Below, one piece after another: positions 13,150 to 20,881 of a stretch of 39,188 bases of DNA. The position numbers were made by a program, and so were the translations under genes. The notes beneath the pieces were generated by a model. It was not told where the DNA came from, ran no database searches, and saw only the letters and a list, made by a program, of their open reading frames with translations. Position 1 is the stretch's first letter, and the number at the start of each line of letters is the position of its first letter. The DNA comes from a virus: IMG/VR virus record IMGVR_UViG_3300028830_000027, positions 1 to 39,188 of that record; one strand, written 5' to 3'.

Positions 13150-13848
13150 CACCCACAACCCGTTATTCCGAGCACCTCTCAACATGATTTGATCGGCAAA
13201 CCGAGGGATCGTATACAAGTTGTTATCCATGAGGCACCAGATTGTCTCCGCCTTCCCGGTCAAGTAACTCGAACCTCGCGCTAGGTCAATCACGCGAATC
13301 TCTTCCTTATTGGAGATCTTGACGGTGTGATGTATACCGATGACCGCGCTTGAACCGGTGACACCTAGGACCTTATCAAGTACGGTTTTCATTTCGGTGC
13401 TAGATTCTTCCTTTTGCGAGTGAAGTTCGCGCAACACGTCGATGATGATGAGGTCCGGTTTGAGTGTCGAGATAGCGTCTCTGAAGGATCGTTGCACATT
13501 ATCAGCCATGATATTGCACGGGCGAATCTCATCTTCCGGGTGCACGAAATGGATACGATCTTGCAACACAAACCCATTGTTCTTCATGGAGTGCAAGCGG
13601 AGGTTCCAACTATCATCAGCAGCATCGAGGTTCAAGTACAGCACCGAGGATCCAGACTGACACTGACGACCAAGGAAGCGACCACCAGATGCCACCGCAT
13701 TAGCCAACTGTAAGGCGAAGTAACTTTTGCCCGCTTTGGGTTCACCGATCAGGAGCGCGAAGGAACCAGCAGGGAGAAAACCGTCAATTAACCAGGGCTT
13801 CTGTGGTCGTTCCAAGGCCATGTACTCTGTAGCGGATAGCAAGCGCAT
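13117..13848 (-). CDS. RecA-fold ATPase of the RepA/DnaB-C-terminal (AAA_25-like) type; candidate replicative helicase
   Basis: Walker A GEPKAGKS, Walker B DLIIIDVL, followed by IGIHHTVK. TAGGAGA SD. It is the only minus-strand gene inside the plus arm. Confidence 0.75.
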   Translation of the reverse strand: MRLLSATEYMALERPQKPWLIDGFLPAGSFALLIGEPKAGKSYFALQLANAVASGGRFLGRQCQSGSSVLYLNLDAADDSWNLRLHSMKNNGFVLQDRIHFVHPEDEIRPCNIMADNVQRSFRDAISTLKPDLIIIDVLRELHSQKEESSTEMKTVLDKVLGVTGSSAVIGIHHTVKISNKEEIRVIDLARGSSYLTGKAETIWCLMDNNLYTIPRFADQIMLRGARNNGLWVLPDLDSLAKG

Positions 13849-13874
13849 AGTGAGGTCTCCTATGGACTACGGCC

Positions 13875-13884
13875 ATTATACCGT
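13875..13884 (-). promoter_or_regulatory. Promoter-like motif ACGGTATAAT for 13117..13848
   Basis: attataccgt on the plus strand, with the SD and ATG 13848 about 25 nt downstream. Confidence 0.6.
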
Positions 13885-13891
13885 AGTAACC

Positions 13892-13901
13892 ACGGTATAA
13901 T
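13892..13901 (+). promoter_or_regulatory. Promoter-like motif ACGGTATAAT for the nuclease/recombination operon
   Basis: Forms a perfect 10+7+10 palindrome with 13875..13884. ATG 13928 lies 27 nt downstream. Confidence 0.6.
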
Positions 13902-13927
13902 ACAGGCGAAAGGAACGGTGACACGCC

Positions 13928-14734
13928 ATGCCTAAAGTCTATTCGCCTTCCCAGACCGTCATTTTCAGTGAGTGCCCGTTTAAGTGGTATACCCAATGTG
14001 TCCTTCGGTACTCCCATGAGAGCGGTCAGACAGAGCCTCAACGGCTTGGTCAGGCCGTTGCATCCGCTATGGAGCATTTTAACAACGTGTGGAAGGACTC
14101 GGGAGTTAAACCAAGCGGTCCTGACGTGATCGCCGCCGCACTGAGCAAAGCGGAGATCCCTGAGCTTGTGGATAGCCCGGCCTACAATGCGATGCGGAAA
14201 GTGCTGACAAAGCACCTATCCGCTGAGCCGACCCCGGATAGCTGGCTACCTATAGCCGTAGAGACTCCGCGCCCTGACCACGGGCACTGCCGCGCGGATG
14301 TCGTGTACCAGACCCCGAGCGGGCGTGTGGTACGCGACTACAAGTACACCACAAGCTGTGAGTCTCGGTATGTGGTCGGGCGCTTACAGGGGTACGGCGA
14401 CCACCCACAACGGTACCACTACGCGTGGTCAGAGGACGCGGCATTGTTTCAGATCGTACTCATCAGCGGGCAACCCGTCAAAGTGCATGAGCAGGTATGG
14501 AGTTGTGATCCGGCTGACGTGACACGTTGGCTTACGTCACAGCAGGGCAAGTGGGCCGTCATGGAACAGATGGAGCGTGGTGAGATCGCACCGTGGCTCT
14601 CTGACCTCCATAGCACCAAGTACGGCCCGTGTTCTCTGTATGATTGGTGTCAGAATCACAAAGGAGACCACACATTACTTCCGATGCTCGGGTATGTGCA
14701 ACGTCCAAAGTCCGATGCAACCACCTCACTATAA
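13928..14734 (+). CDS. PD-(D/E)XK nuclease (Cas4/RecB-like exonuclease)
   Basis: N-terminal SPSQ..FSECPFKW, a core D...RDYKY (D/ExK) and C-terminal Cys residues (YGPCSLYDWCQNH). Confidence 0.65.
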   Translation: MPKVYSPSQTVIFSECPFKWYTQCVLRYSHESGQTEPQRLGQAVASAMEHFNNVWKDSGVKPSGPDVIAAALSKAEIPELVDSPAYNAMRKVLTKHLSAEPTPDSWLPIAVETPRPDHGHCRADVVYQTPSGRVVRDYKYTTSCESRYVVGRLQGYGDHPQRYHYAWSEDAALFQIVLISGQPVKVHEQVWSCDPADVTRWLTSQQGKWAVMEQMERGEIAPWLSDLHSTKYGPCSLYDWCQNHKGDHTLLPMLGYVQRPKSDATTSL

Positions 14735-14750
14735 AAAAGGAGACCAACGT

Positions 14751-15554
14751 ATGCTCGCACCGTTAGACCTCGCAAATAATGAGTCCGCGTGGGATGCTAT
14801 GAGGGCACGTATCTTGCTCGTGGGCGGCCCTAATACTGGCAAGACCGCGTCGCTTTCTACGTTCTGTCTAGAGGGGGAACGTATGGCGTACATCCAATTA
14901 CCGGGGGAACAAGGCTCCGGTTCATTCCCGGCAAAGGCCCTTGGTGATCGCGTAGTTGTGTTCGTGGATCAGGGGGACGGCGGGGCCTCCAACACGATCG
15001 ACTACGCGAAGGAACTTGCCACCATCAAGACCGTAGTGTTTGACGTGATCGCCGGGAAGTACGGGAAGATTGATGTCATCGCATTAGATGGTCTCCACAA
15101 AGGCTACGATATCTTCCTTGCGAAAGTCACAGGCGGCGTAAGTGCGCGTACCCTGGAGTTTGACGCGAAATTGTACGAGGACGCGCGAAAAGAATTCCTC
15201 GGGTTCCTTCAGATCATTTTCAGAGCGGTAGCAGCAGGGAAGCTGAAACGAGTAGTGGCGACGATATGGGACGGACGCGAAAAGGATGACCCTGACGACA
15301 AGAGCAAGAACGCAGCCTCCCATCTGTTTCCTGAGCTACCCGGCAAGCTCGCCAAAGGGATCGTAGGCGAGTTCGGCGTGGTCCTTGCCACCAAAACGCA
15401 AGGCATGGGGAACGGCATGAAGTACACGTGGCTCACTCGCCCGTTTGGCAAGATCGCAGGTGTCGGTGTCAAGGCTCCGATCGATGTCATGACCTCGGTT
15501 CCAATGGAAGTTGAGCAGTCGTGGGGGAAGCTGTCGGTATTGTTGAACGCTTAA
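14751..15554 (+). CDS. RecA-like P-loop ATPase (AAA_24/Sak4-like recombination protein)
   Basis: AAGGAGA SD before ATG 14751; the listed ORF start at 14577 overlaps the nuclease gene. Walker A GGPNTGKT, Walker B-like VIALDGL. Confidence 0.65.
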   Translation: MLAPLDLANNESAWDAMRARILLVGGPNTGKTASLSTFCLEGERMAYIQLPGEQGSGSFPAKALGDRVVVFVDQGDGGASNTIDYAKELATIKTVVFDVIAGKYGKIDVIALDGLHKGYDIFLAKVTGGVSARTLEFDAKLYEDARKEFLGFLQIIFRAVAAGKLKRVVATIWDGREKDDPDDKSKNAASHLFPELPGKLAKGIVGEFGVVLATKTQGMGNGMKYTWLTRPFGKIAGVGVKAPIDVMTSVPMEVEQSWGKLSVLLNA

Positions 15555-15565
15555 CCAGGAGGAAC

Positions 15566-15673
15566 GTATGAAATCGTCGTTAAAACATTACGTTGTTCAG
15601 GAAGTTGAATCTGAAGTTCGCATACCATACAAGCAGTTACTAACGCTGTGTGGTATCCCCAAAAAAGCCGTAA
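15566..15673 (+). CDS. Small ORF (35 aa) ending just after an A8 run; the -1 frame stays open to 15729
   Basis: AGGAGG SD. The zero frame reads ..CCC AAA AAA AAG CCG TAA. The -1 frame would add AVILSVKGDEENGLTISYSR. Confidence 0.45.
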
Positions 15674-15730
15674 TTCTTAGCGTCAAAGGCGACGAGGAAA
15701 ACGGCCTCACGATTTCATATTCACGGTAAT

Positions 15731-15740
15731 GCGGTATAAT
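15731..15740 (+). promoter_or_regulatory. Promoter-like motif GCGGTATAAT
   Basis: Preceded by a degenerate half copy (tcacggtaat). About 45 nt upstream of ATG 15785. Confidence 0.55.
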
Positions 15741-15784
15741 GCGGGCATAGTCACTTTTTTAAACCTTTTTGTTTGGAGGATCAT

Positions 15785-16267
15785 ATGTCAAATTCACCTT
15801 GGGCTGCAGAAGAAGTGATGACGGAAGAGGACGTGCGTGAGATCAGCGCAACGGACTTGATTCCGGCTGGCAACTACGAAGGTCAGATCATGCCGTTGAC
15901 AGATGAGAGCTTCCGCGTGGTCCAGACGGACAACGGAACGCACCCACTCGAAGGCAAGACCGTAGTACGCTTGCATGTGGTCCTGTACACGGATGCTGGT
16001 GAGCGACACCTCTTCACCGACGCGTTTCCAGGTACCATCAAGGCTGTCAGCAAGAAAGGCAACGAATACGTCCGGCCAGAATCGCGTATTGCATCGATGC
16101 TCTACAAGGCAACCGGCATGTTCGGTCAGGACTTCTTGGCCGTGTGCGAGTTCGCTGCTGCCAACCGATTGGAGTATCGAATCACCGTGAGCAAGGAAAA
16201 GGTTGACGCGGAAACCGGCAAGGTGTACGAGGCTCAAAACAGGATAGGAGGTATCACCGCTATCTAG
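15785..16267 (+). CDS. Candidate ssDNA-binding protein (DUF669-like), 160 aa
   Basis: GGAGGA SD before ATG 15785. LIPAGNYEGQI...GKTVVRLHVVL resembles the DUF669 proteins that usually follow Sak4-type ATPases. Acidic N-terminus. Confidence 0.5.
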   Translation: MSNSPWAAEEVMTEEDVREISATDLIPAGNYEGQIMPLTDESFRVVQTDNGTHPLEGKTVVRLHVVLYTDAGERHLFTDAFPGTIKAVSKKGNEYVRPESRIASMLYKATGMFGQDFLAVCEFAAANRLEYRITVSKEKVDAETGKVYEAQNRIGGITAI

Positions 16268-16287
16268 TCCGTGTCAGCAGTTCACAT

Positions 16288-16311
16288 GCGGGGGTCTTCT
16301 ACGGCCCCCGC
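16288..16311 (+). promoter_or_regulatory. GC-rich hairpin between the SSB-like and polymerase genes
   Basis: GCGGGGG / CCCCCGC 7-bp stem with a 10-nt loop. No adjacent U-run, so an attenuator or processing site is more likely than a strong terminator. Confidence 0.35.
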
Positions 16312-16335
16312 TCACCCCCTTCGAGGTTTTCCCCA

Positions 16336-17907
16336 ATGCTACAAACCAGACCGAAACCCGCGACATGTGCCGCGTGTCCTGCCGCGAAACTAGGTACACC
16401 TCTTATCACAATCGATCAACAAGACCCTCATGCCGTCGCCACAGTTGTCCATTTCACGCCGGTTGCGATCCATGCGGGTCTTGAGGCGATGTATAAAAAG
16501 CAGGTGGCACCCACTACCGCTGTCAATCATGCGTGTCTCTTAAGGTGTGCGGGTGCGGCGGGACTCAAAGGGACTACTCGAGATGCCGCCGTCCATGCGT
16601 GTCGTCAGTATGACCACTGGACTACCAAGCTTGTCATGATTGCCGGTCGTGACGCCTGGGGGGCGCTCCACGCCTCACACGTCAGGTACACCGATTGGCT
16701 TGGCTACGTGTCCCCGAATGTACTCAACGGGCGTGCCATGCTTGCGACCATCGAAACGCGCGACTTGTATGACACCGACCGCATTGTCGAAGCCCGCGCT
16801 CACCTTCGCCGTGCCCTCTCATGGGTAGCGGGGACTTGGCCCGAGCAACTTCCAGAAAGCACACGGCAGCACACCGCGTTACAAGACCTACACGCCCTGA
16901 TACACGCGGAGCCCTGTACTATCGCGATTGACACGGAGTTTAACTGGTCGAAGGATGCTGTACCCGGCCACCACCCTTTGACCTTGCTTGGCCTTGGATG
17001 GCGTTCACAGACCGGTGTGCATCTCACCCAGTTCACTCCTGATGATGACTGGTCAGTTGTCCTCCCTCTACTCGCCCGTGTCGTCGGTCGCCATACCATA
17101 GTCTTTCAGAATGCAGCGGCGGACGTGCCTGTCATTGCGTTCAATGGTGGACCGGTATGGGAACAATACACGCACGTTGAGGACCTCATGTTGGCACATG
17201 CGACCTTGTACGCCGGGTGGCCGCATGACCTCGGCTACTTGCGGTCGATCGGTGGACACCTCAATATGCCGAAGACCTTCCGAGAAGCACACGAGGGCGG
17301 GGCGGCATCCTTCGCCAAGTACAACGCGGGCGACGTGTATGAGACACTGTGCCTCTGGGAAGACATGAGCCCTCAAGTGTTCAAAGATAAAGGGCTCACA
17401 CACACGTACCACACCCTTGTCAAGTTGGTACCGGTGCACACTCGAGCTACACAACAAGGTGTAGCGGTCTACAAGCCCGCTGTCGTGAAGGCCCTGGATG
17501 AATTACTCGCGGATGTCACGGAGTCCTTGCGTATTGTCGAAGCGTACACGGGTACCCCACTCCCGATGACCGGAAAGCCGTTTGTCACCTGGCTTGTATG
17601 CGTGGAAGGGGTCAAACCTGTGATTCACAAGATAAAAAAGCGTGTCACCTGGGATAAGGACGCGTTGGTAGTATTGCGGTCGCGCTACTTGTCTGTGGAC
17701 GCGGAGTATGAACAACGTAATCCGCTCACGATTGACGCAGTACGTGCCCGTATCGAGCAAGGCGCACACCCCATGTTAGAGGCACGCGCTCTCTATAACC
17801 GGGCGTTCCAGGCCTTCACGCACTATGTCCTGCCGCTTGTAAAAGGAGACTCAAACGATGGCGACGATCAAGACACTGACGGAACTGAAGGCGAGACTGG
17901 ATCGTGA
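16336..17907 (+). CDS. Family-A DNA polymerase, N-terminal ORF: unknown N-domain, 3'-5' exonuclease and thumb
   Basis: Exo I IAIDTEF, Exo II VFQNAAADVPV, Exo III YNAGDVYETL, then helical thumb-like sequence up to ..AFTHYVLPLVKG. Confidence 0.8.
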   Translation: MLQTRPKPATCAACPAAKLGTPLITIDQQDPHAVATVVHFTPVAIHAGLEAMYKKQVAPTTAVNHACLLRCAGAAGLKGTTRDAAVHACRQYDHWTTKLVMIAGRDAWGALHASHVRYTDWLGYVSPNVLNGRAMLATIETRDLYDTDRIVEARAHLRRALSWVAGTWPEQLPESTRQHTALQDLHALIHAEPCTIAIDTEFNWSKDAVPGHHPLTLLGLGWRSQTGVHLTQFTPDDDWSVVLPLLARVVGRHTIVFQNAAADVPVIAFNGGPVWEQYTHVEDLMLAHATLYAGWPHDLGYLRSIGGHLNMPKTFREAHEGGAASFAKYNAGDVYETLCLWEDMSPQVFKDKGLTHTYHTLVKLVPVHTRATQQGVAVYKPAVVKALDELLADVTESLRIVEAYTGTPLPMTGKPFVTWLVCVEGVKPVIHKIKKRVTWDKDALVVLRSRYLSVDAEYEQRNPLTIDAVRARIEQGAHPMLEARALYNRAFQAFTHYVLPLVKGDSNDGDDQDTDGTEGETGS

Positions 17908-18829
17908 CGGTGAGGACTTGTGTAAGGAGGTCGTACACCCGCGCCACGGCACCCACGCCCAGGCCACATTGCGCTGGTCTACGACGGACCCCCCAATGGC
18001 GCAGGTTCCCGGTGCTATGGAAGGTATGTTTGGCCCGGCAGAAGGCTACGGGTTCTTCCGTTACGATTGGGCCGCGTTGCATCTCTGGCTGACGGCAGCG
18101 TACGCTGACGATACCAAACTCCTCACCTTGCTCCGTACGGGGGCCGACCTCCACACGGTCAACTGTTGTGACCTGTTCGGCTTACCGTACCCCGCGAACC
18201 TCGTCAACCCCCACACGTCCCCGGAGTGTGCTGAATGGCGGACACTCGTCAAGTGGGAAAAGAAGGATGACCCTCGGAGAACGTTCGCCAAGCGGTTCCT
18301 GTATCGGGTGCTCAAGGGAGGCGACGTGAACAGCCCACCCGCCGGTATCCCGATGACCTTGTTCGGTGGCTCTGCAACCGGTTTCATCAAGGCTAGTCGT
18401 GCCTGGGCTTTGGCAAACGCGAAGGTCATGCAATGGCAGAACAACGTCAAGGCGCAAGTGCTCCGGGATGGTGCCGTCCGCACGGCCTGGGGTAAGATAC
18501 GCCGGTTCAGTAAGCGAGACGCAAAGGCACAACGGGGCGGGATTGACTTCTTGTGCCAAGGGACGGAAGCGGAGATCTTGAACGAGACGGTACTACTCAC
18601 AACCGCTGCGTTTGACCCGGCCCATGTACGCTTTGTGTACAGCCGCCACGACTGTATCATCTGGGAAGTCGCACACTCGGTGTGGTCCCCAGCGTTCCTC
18701 AAACAGATCGCGGACATTGCAACCCGACCTATCACCATCTATCAACACACGTTCAACCTGGAAGCGTCCTTCCATACACGGTATAATGCTGCTACAAAGA
18801 AACAAGATTGGACTCCCACGCAATCCTAG
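17858..18829 (+). CDS. Family-A DNA polymerase, C-terminal ORF: palm and fingers
   Basis: Own AAAGGAGA SD and ATG. LRWSTTDPPMAQVP (like TGRLSS.PNLQNIP), motif A DWAALHLWL, motif B RTFAKRFLYRVLKGG, motif C SRHDCIIWEV. Confidence 0.85.
   Translation: MATIKTLTELKARLDRDGEDLCKEVVHPRHGTHAQATLRWSTTDPPMAQVPGAMEGMFGPAEGYGFFRYDWAALHLWLTAAYADDTKLLTLLRTGADLHTVNCCDLFGLPYPANLVNPHTSPECAEWRTLVKWEKKDDPRRTFAKRFLYRVLKGGDVNSPPAGIPMTLFGGSATGFIKASRAWALANAKVMQWQNNVKAQVLRDGAVRTAWGKIRRFSKRDAKAQRGGIDFLCQGTEAEILNETVLLTTAAFDPAHVRFVYSRHDCIIWEVAHSVWSPAFLKQIADIATRPITIYQHTFNLEASFHTRYNAATKKQDWTPTQS
18777..18787 (+). promoter_or_regulatory. Promoter-like motif CACGGTATAAT inside the 3' end of the polymerase ORF
   Basis: TATAAT at 18782-18787, 55 nt before ATG 18842. 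Confidence 0.5.
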
Positions 18830-18841
18830 AAAGGACCACTC

Positions 18842-19738
18842 ATGATTATCACCCATACAGAAGTGCCCTTGTCGCGTAACCAAAAGTTGATCGTGGTACC
18901 CATCGGCGACATTCACTACAATGCGAGTAGCTGTGACCAAGACCGCTTTGCTGAGACGGTCAAGTGGATCGCGGAGACGAGCAAGCGTCCTGATCGAAAA
19001 GTGGTCACGATCCTCATGGGGGACTACCTTGACACGTTCAGCCGTAGCGAACGTGCGCGTCTGTCGTTCGGCACCGGCCTCCACGAGAGCACCCATGAAT
19101 GGTTTGAAAAGCAGGTCCAAACTAACATTCTCGAACTCTACAACGCTCTCAAACCAATCAAGCATACCATCGGGTGTGTGCTTGCGGGCAACCACACCTA
19201 CAAGTTCCAAGAACGCGCGATGAAGTCGTTGGTTGGTAAGACCTCTGATATGTACCTGGCTGAGCTGTTAGAGGCCCCGTTCATGGGTATGTGTGGGGTG
19301 TATGTGTTGAACCTCGCATCGGGCTCTGCACGGTTCCCCTTCAAGATCTTCATGCACCATGGGTTTGGTTCCAGCAGCAGCAAGCCTTCGTCAGTCAAGC
19401 AACTACTTGACTTGCGGGCGAAGTTCCCTGCGATGAACTTGTATATCATGGGACATAATCACGTCAAGATCTGTACGACGCAGGAAGGAATCGACGTACG
19501 TTTCAATAACAAGAGCGGTGAATGGCGTATGGTATCGCTGGTACAAGGGTTCTTGCGTTCTGCGTCGTTCCTCAAGGGGTATGTCGAAGGCGAAGTGGTA
19601 GACGGCTACAGCGGGTCCTACGCAGAGGAAAAATGTCTCGCGCCCGCTTCACTCGGCGTTGTGTCCGCGAACATCCGCTTGAAGATCAACAAGGACACCA
19701 ACCAGGCTGACGGTTATGTGCTCCACGTTCAAGAGTAA
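18842..19738 (+). CDS. Calcineurin-like metallophosphoesterase (Mre11/SbcD-like)
   Basis: Motifs GDIH, GDYLD, GNH, HHG and GHNH in the canonical order. Confidence 0.8.
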   Translation: MIITHTEVPLSRNQKLIVVPIGDIHYNASSCDQDRFAETVKWIAETSKRPDRKVVTILMGDYLDTFSRSERARLSFGTGLHESTHEWFEKQVQTNILELYNALKPIKHTIGCVLAGNHTYKFQERAMKSLVGKTSDMYLAELLEAPFMGMCGVYVLNLASGSARFPFKIFMHHGFGSSSSKPSSVKQLLDLRAKFPAMNLYIMGHNHVKICTTQEGIDVRFNNKSGEWRMVSLVQGFLRSASFLKGYVEGEVVDGYSGSYAEEKCLAPASLGVVSANIRLKINKDTNQADGYVLHVQE

Positions 19739-19748
19739 GGGGGATACC

Positions 19749-19970
19749 ATGGCGAAGAAACCAGCACGAGTCATGCGGTTAGTCGCGACTGATGGCGCAA
19801 CCTATCTCATGCTTCAACGGCTTCCGAACCAAGCGCATTACGAGATCACGTTACAAGCGATCCCTGGTGAACCTGACATGATCCTCGGCGCGAATTGTTA
19901 TCGGACGTACCCCGAACTGGAAACGTACACACAACAGCTCATCCGCAACAAAAAGGAGGACCTCGTATGA
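19749..19970 (+). CDS. Hypothetical protein (73 aa)
   Basis: AAGGGGGA SD before ATG 19749. ATGA overlap with the next gene. Confidence 0.6.
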   Translation: MAKKPARVMRLVATDGATYLMLQRLPNQAHYEITLQAIPGEPDMILGANCYRTYPELETYTQQLIRNKKEDLV

Positions 19971-20314
19971 AACAATCGAAGCCCGCGTTCCCGGCAACCC
20001 TCACACCAATGCAACGGTTCATACAGGAGGAAGCGGACCTCCACGCTCGCAAGGCTGCTGACTACAGCGGCGGGAAGGACCCTCTCGGGAATTTCAAACG
20101 CGTGTCAGCCCTCTTCGCCTTGTACCCAGGGCTCAACCCAACGGACCCACGCTTTGTTGCTATCGCGTACATGTTGAAGCAGTTTGACGCGTACCTGTTC
20201 ACAGTCGCCAACGGGCATCAACTCAAGGTCGAAGGGGTACATGAGCGACTGAAGGACGTGAGTATCTATGCCAAGCTGCTCCGGGCCATTGAAGAGGAGA
20301 TGAGCCTGTCATGA
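19967..20314 (+). CDS. Hypothetical protein (115 aa), possibly DUF1599/MazG-like helical
   Basis: AAGGAGGA SD. ARKAADYSGGKDPLGNFKR resembles the nucleotide-modification-associated DUF1599 pattern; this is a weak call. Confidence 0.6.
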   Translation: MKQSKPAFPATLTPMQRFIQEEADLHARKAADYSGGKDPLGNFKRVSALFALYPGLNPTDPRFVAIAYMLKQFDAYLFTVANGHQLKVEGVHERLKDVSIYAKLLRAIEEEMSLS

Positions 20315-20391
20315 GAACATTCGGTGTGTTACTGGTGATTGCCGCACTCCTATTCATCGTGTGGGACATGTGCCAGTGCGATAAGAAATAG
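20311..20391 (+). CDS. Tiny hydrophobic peptide (26 aa; MRTFGVLLVIAALLFIVWDMCQCDKK)
   Basis: ATGA overlap with the preceding gene and a single TM-like stretch. Confidence 0.35.
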   Translation: MRTFGVLLVIAALLFIVWDMCQCDKK

Positions 20392-20399
20392 GGGGTAGT

Positions 20400-20483
20400 A
20401 TGGGGTGGGAATTTGTACACATAGTTATCGATATCGCAGTCATCTACATGTTAGTCGTTGTGTATCGTTCGACCTATCACTAA
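20400..20483 (+). CDS. Tiny hydrophobic peptide (27 aa; MGWEFVHIVIDIAVIYMLVVVYRSTYH)
   Basis: GGGGG-rich SD-like sequence 4 nt upstream and a single TM-like stretch. Confidence 0.35.
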   Translation: MGWEFVHIVIDIAVIYMLVVVYRSTYH

Positions 20484-20496
20484 CAGGAGGTGTTCT

Positions 20497-20658
20497 ATGA
20501 CGGTTGTAGAGTTACGGGAGAAGTTGGCAGATTGTGCGCCTGGTGCCACGGTATTCTTTGGTACCGAACACCTAGACGAGACTGAAGTTCAAACGGTACT
20601 CTCACATGAGGTCGAGGACGAAGCAGGAGAACCAACGCAGATTGTGTCATTGTACTAG
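20497..20658 (+). CDS. Small acidic protein (53 aa), last gene of the plus arm
   Basis: CAGGAGG SD before ATG 20497. Confidence 0.6.
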   Translation: MTVVELREKLADCAPGATVFFGTEHLDETEVQTVLSHEVEDEAGEPTQIVSLY

Positions 20659-20669
20659 ACAGGCATCAA

Positions 20670-20708
20670 CACTCGGGGCTCACGGTTTGACGTGGTGGGC
20701 TCCGAGTG
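20670..20708 (+). terminator. Hairpin at the convergence point of the two arms
   Basis: cactcggggctc / gggctccgagtg gives a 12-bp stem, with two G-U pairs in the plus-strand RNA, and a 15-nt loop. It starts 12 nt after the plus-arm stop. There is no U-tail. Confidence 0.3.
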
Positions 20709-20880
20709 ACGCAATAGCCACCCACGCCGCCCCAAGCACCCACTTCAAGTAGTTCACCGCCGTATGCGCTTCAACAGCTTTATCCAACTTCTTATCAATG
20801 TTCGCAAGGAGCCTGTCTTGGTTCGCGAGTACCGCGTCTTGCCGGGCCAGGCGTACCAGTATCTCTGTCACGTCCGGCAT
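20680..20880 (-). CDS. Small coiled-coil protein with a C-terminal TM helix (66 aa); lysis accessory candidate
   Basis: Last gene of the minus arm, directly after the holin. WVLGAAWVAIASLGA lies near the C-terminus. Confidence 0.55.
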   Translation of the reverse strand: MPDVTEILVRLARQDAVLANQDRLLANIDKKLDKAVEAHTAVNYLKWVLGAAWVAIASLGAHHVKP

Positions 20881-20881
20881 G

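Noticed and set aside
14577-14750. N-terminal extension of the Sak4-like ATPase ORF (listed start 14577)
   Set aside because: The extension overlaps the 3' end of the nuclease gene. ATG 14751 has a strong AAGGAGA SD and begins just before the Walker A region.
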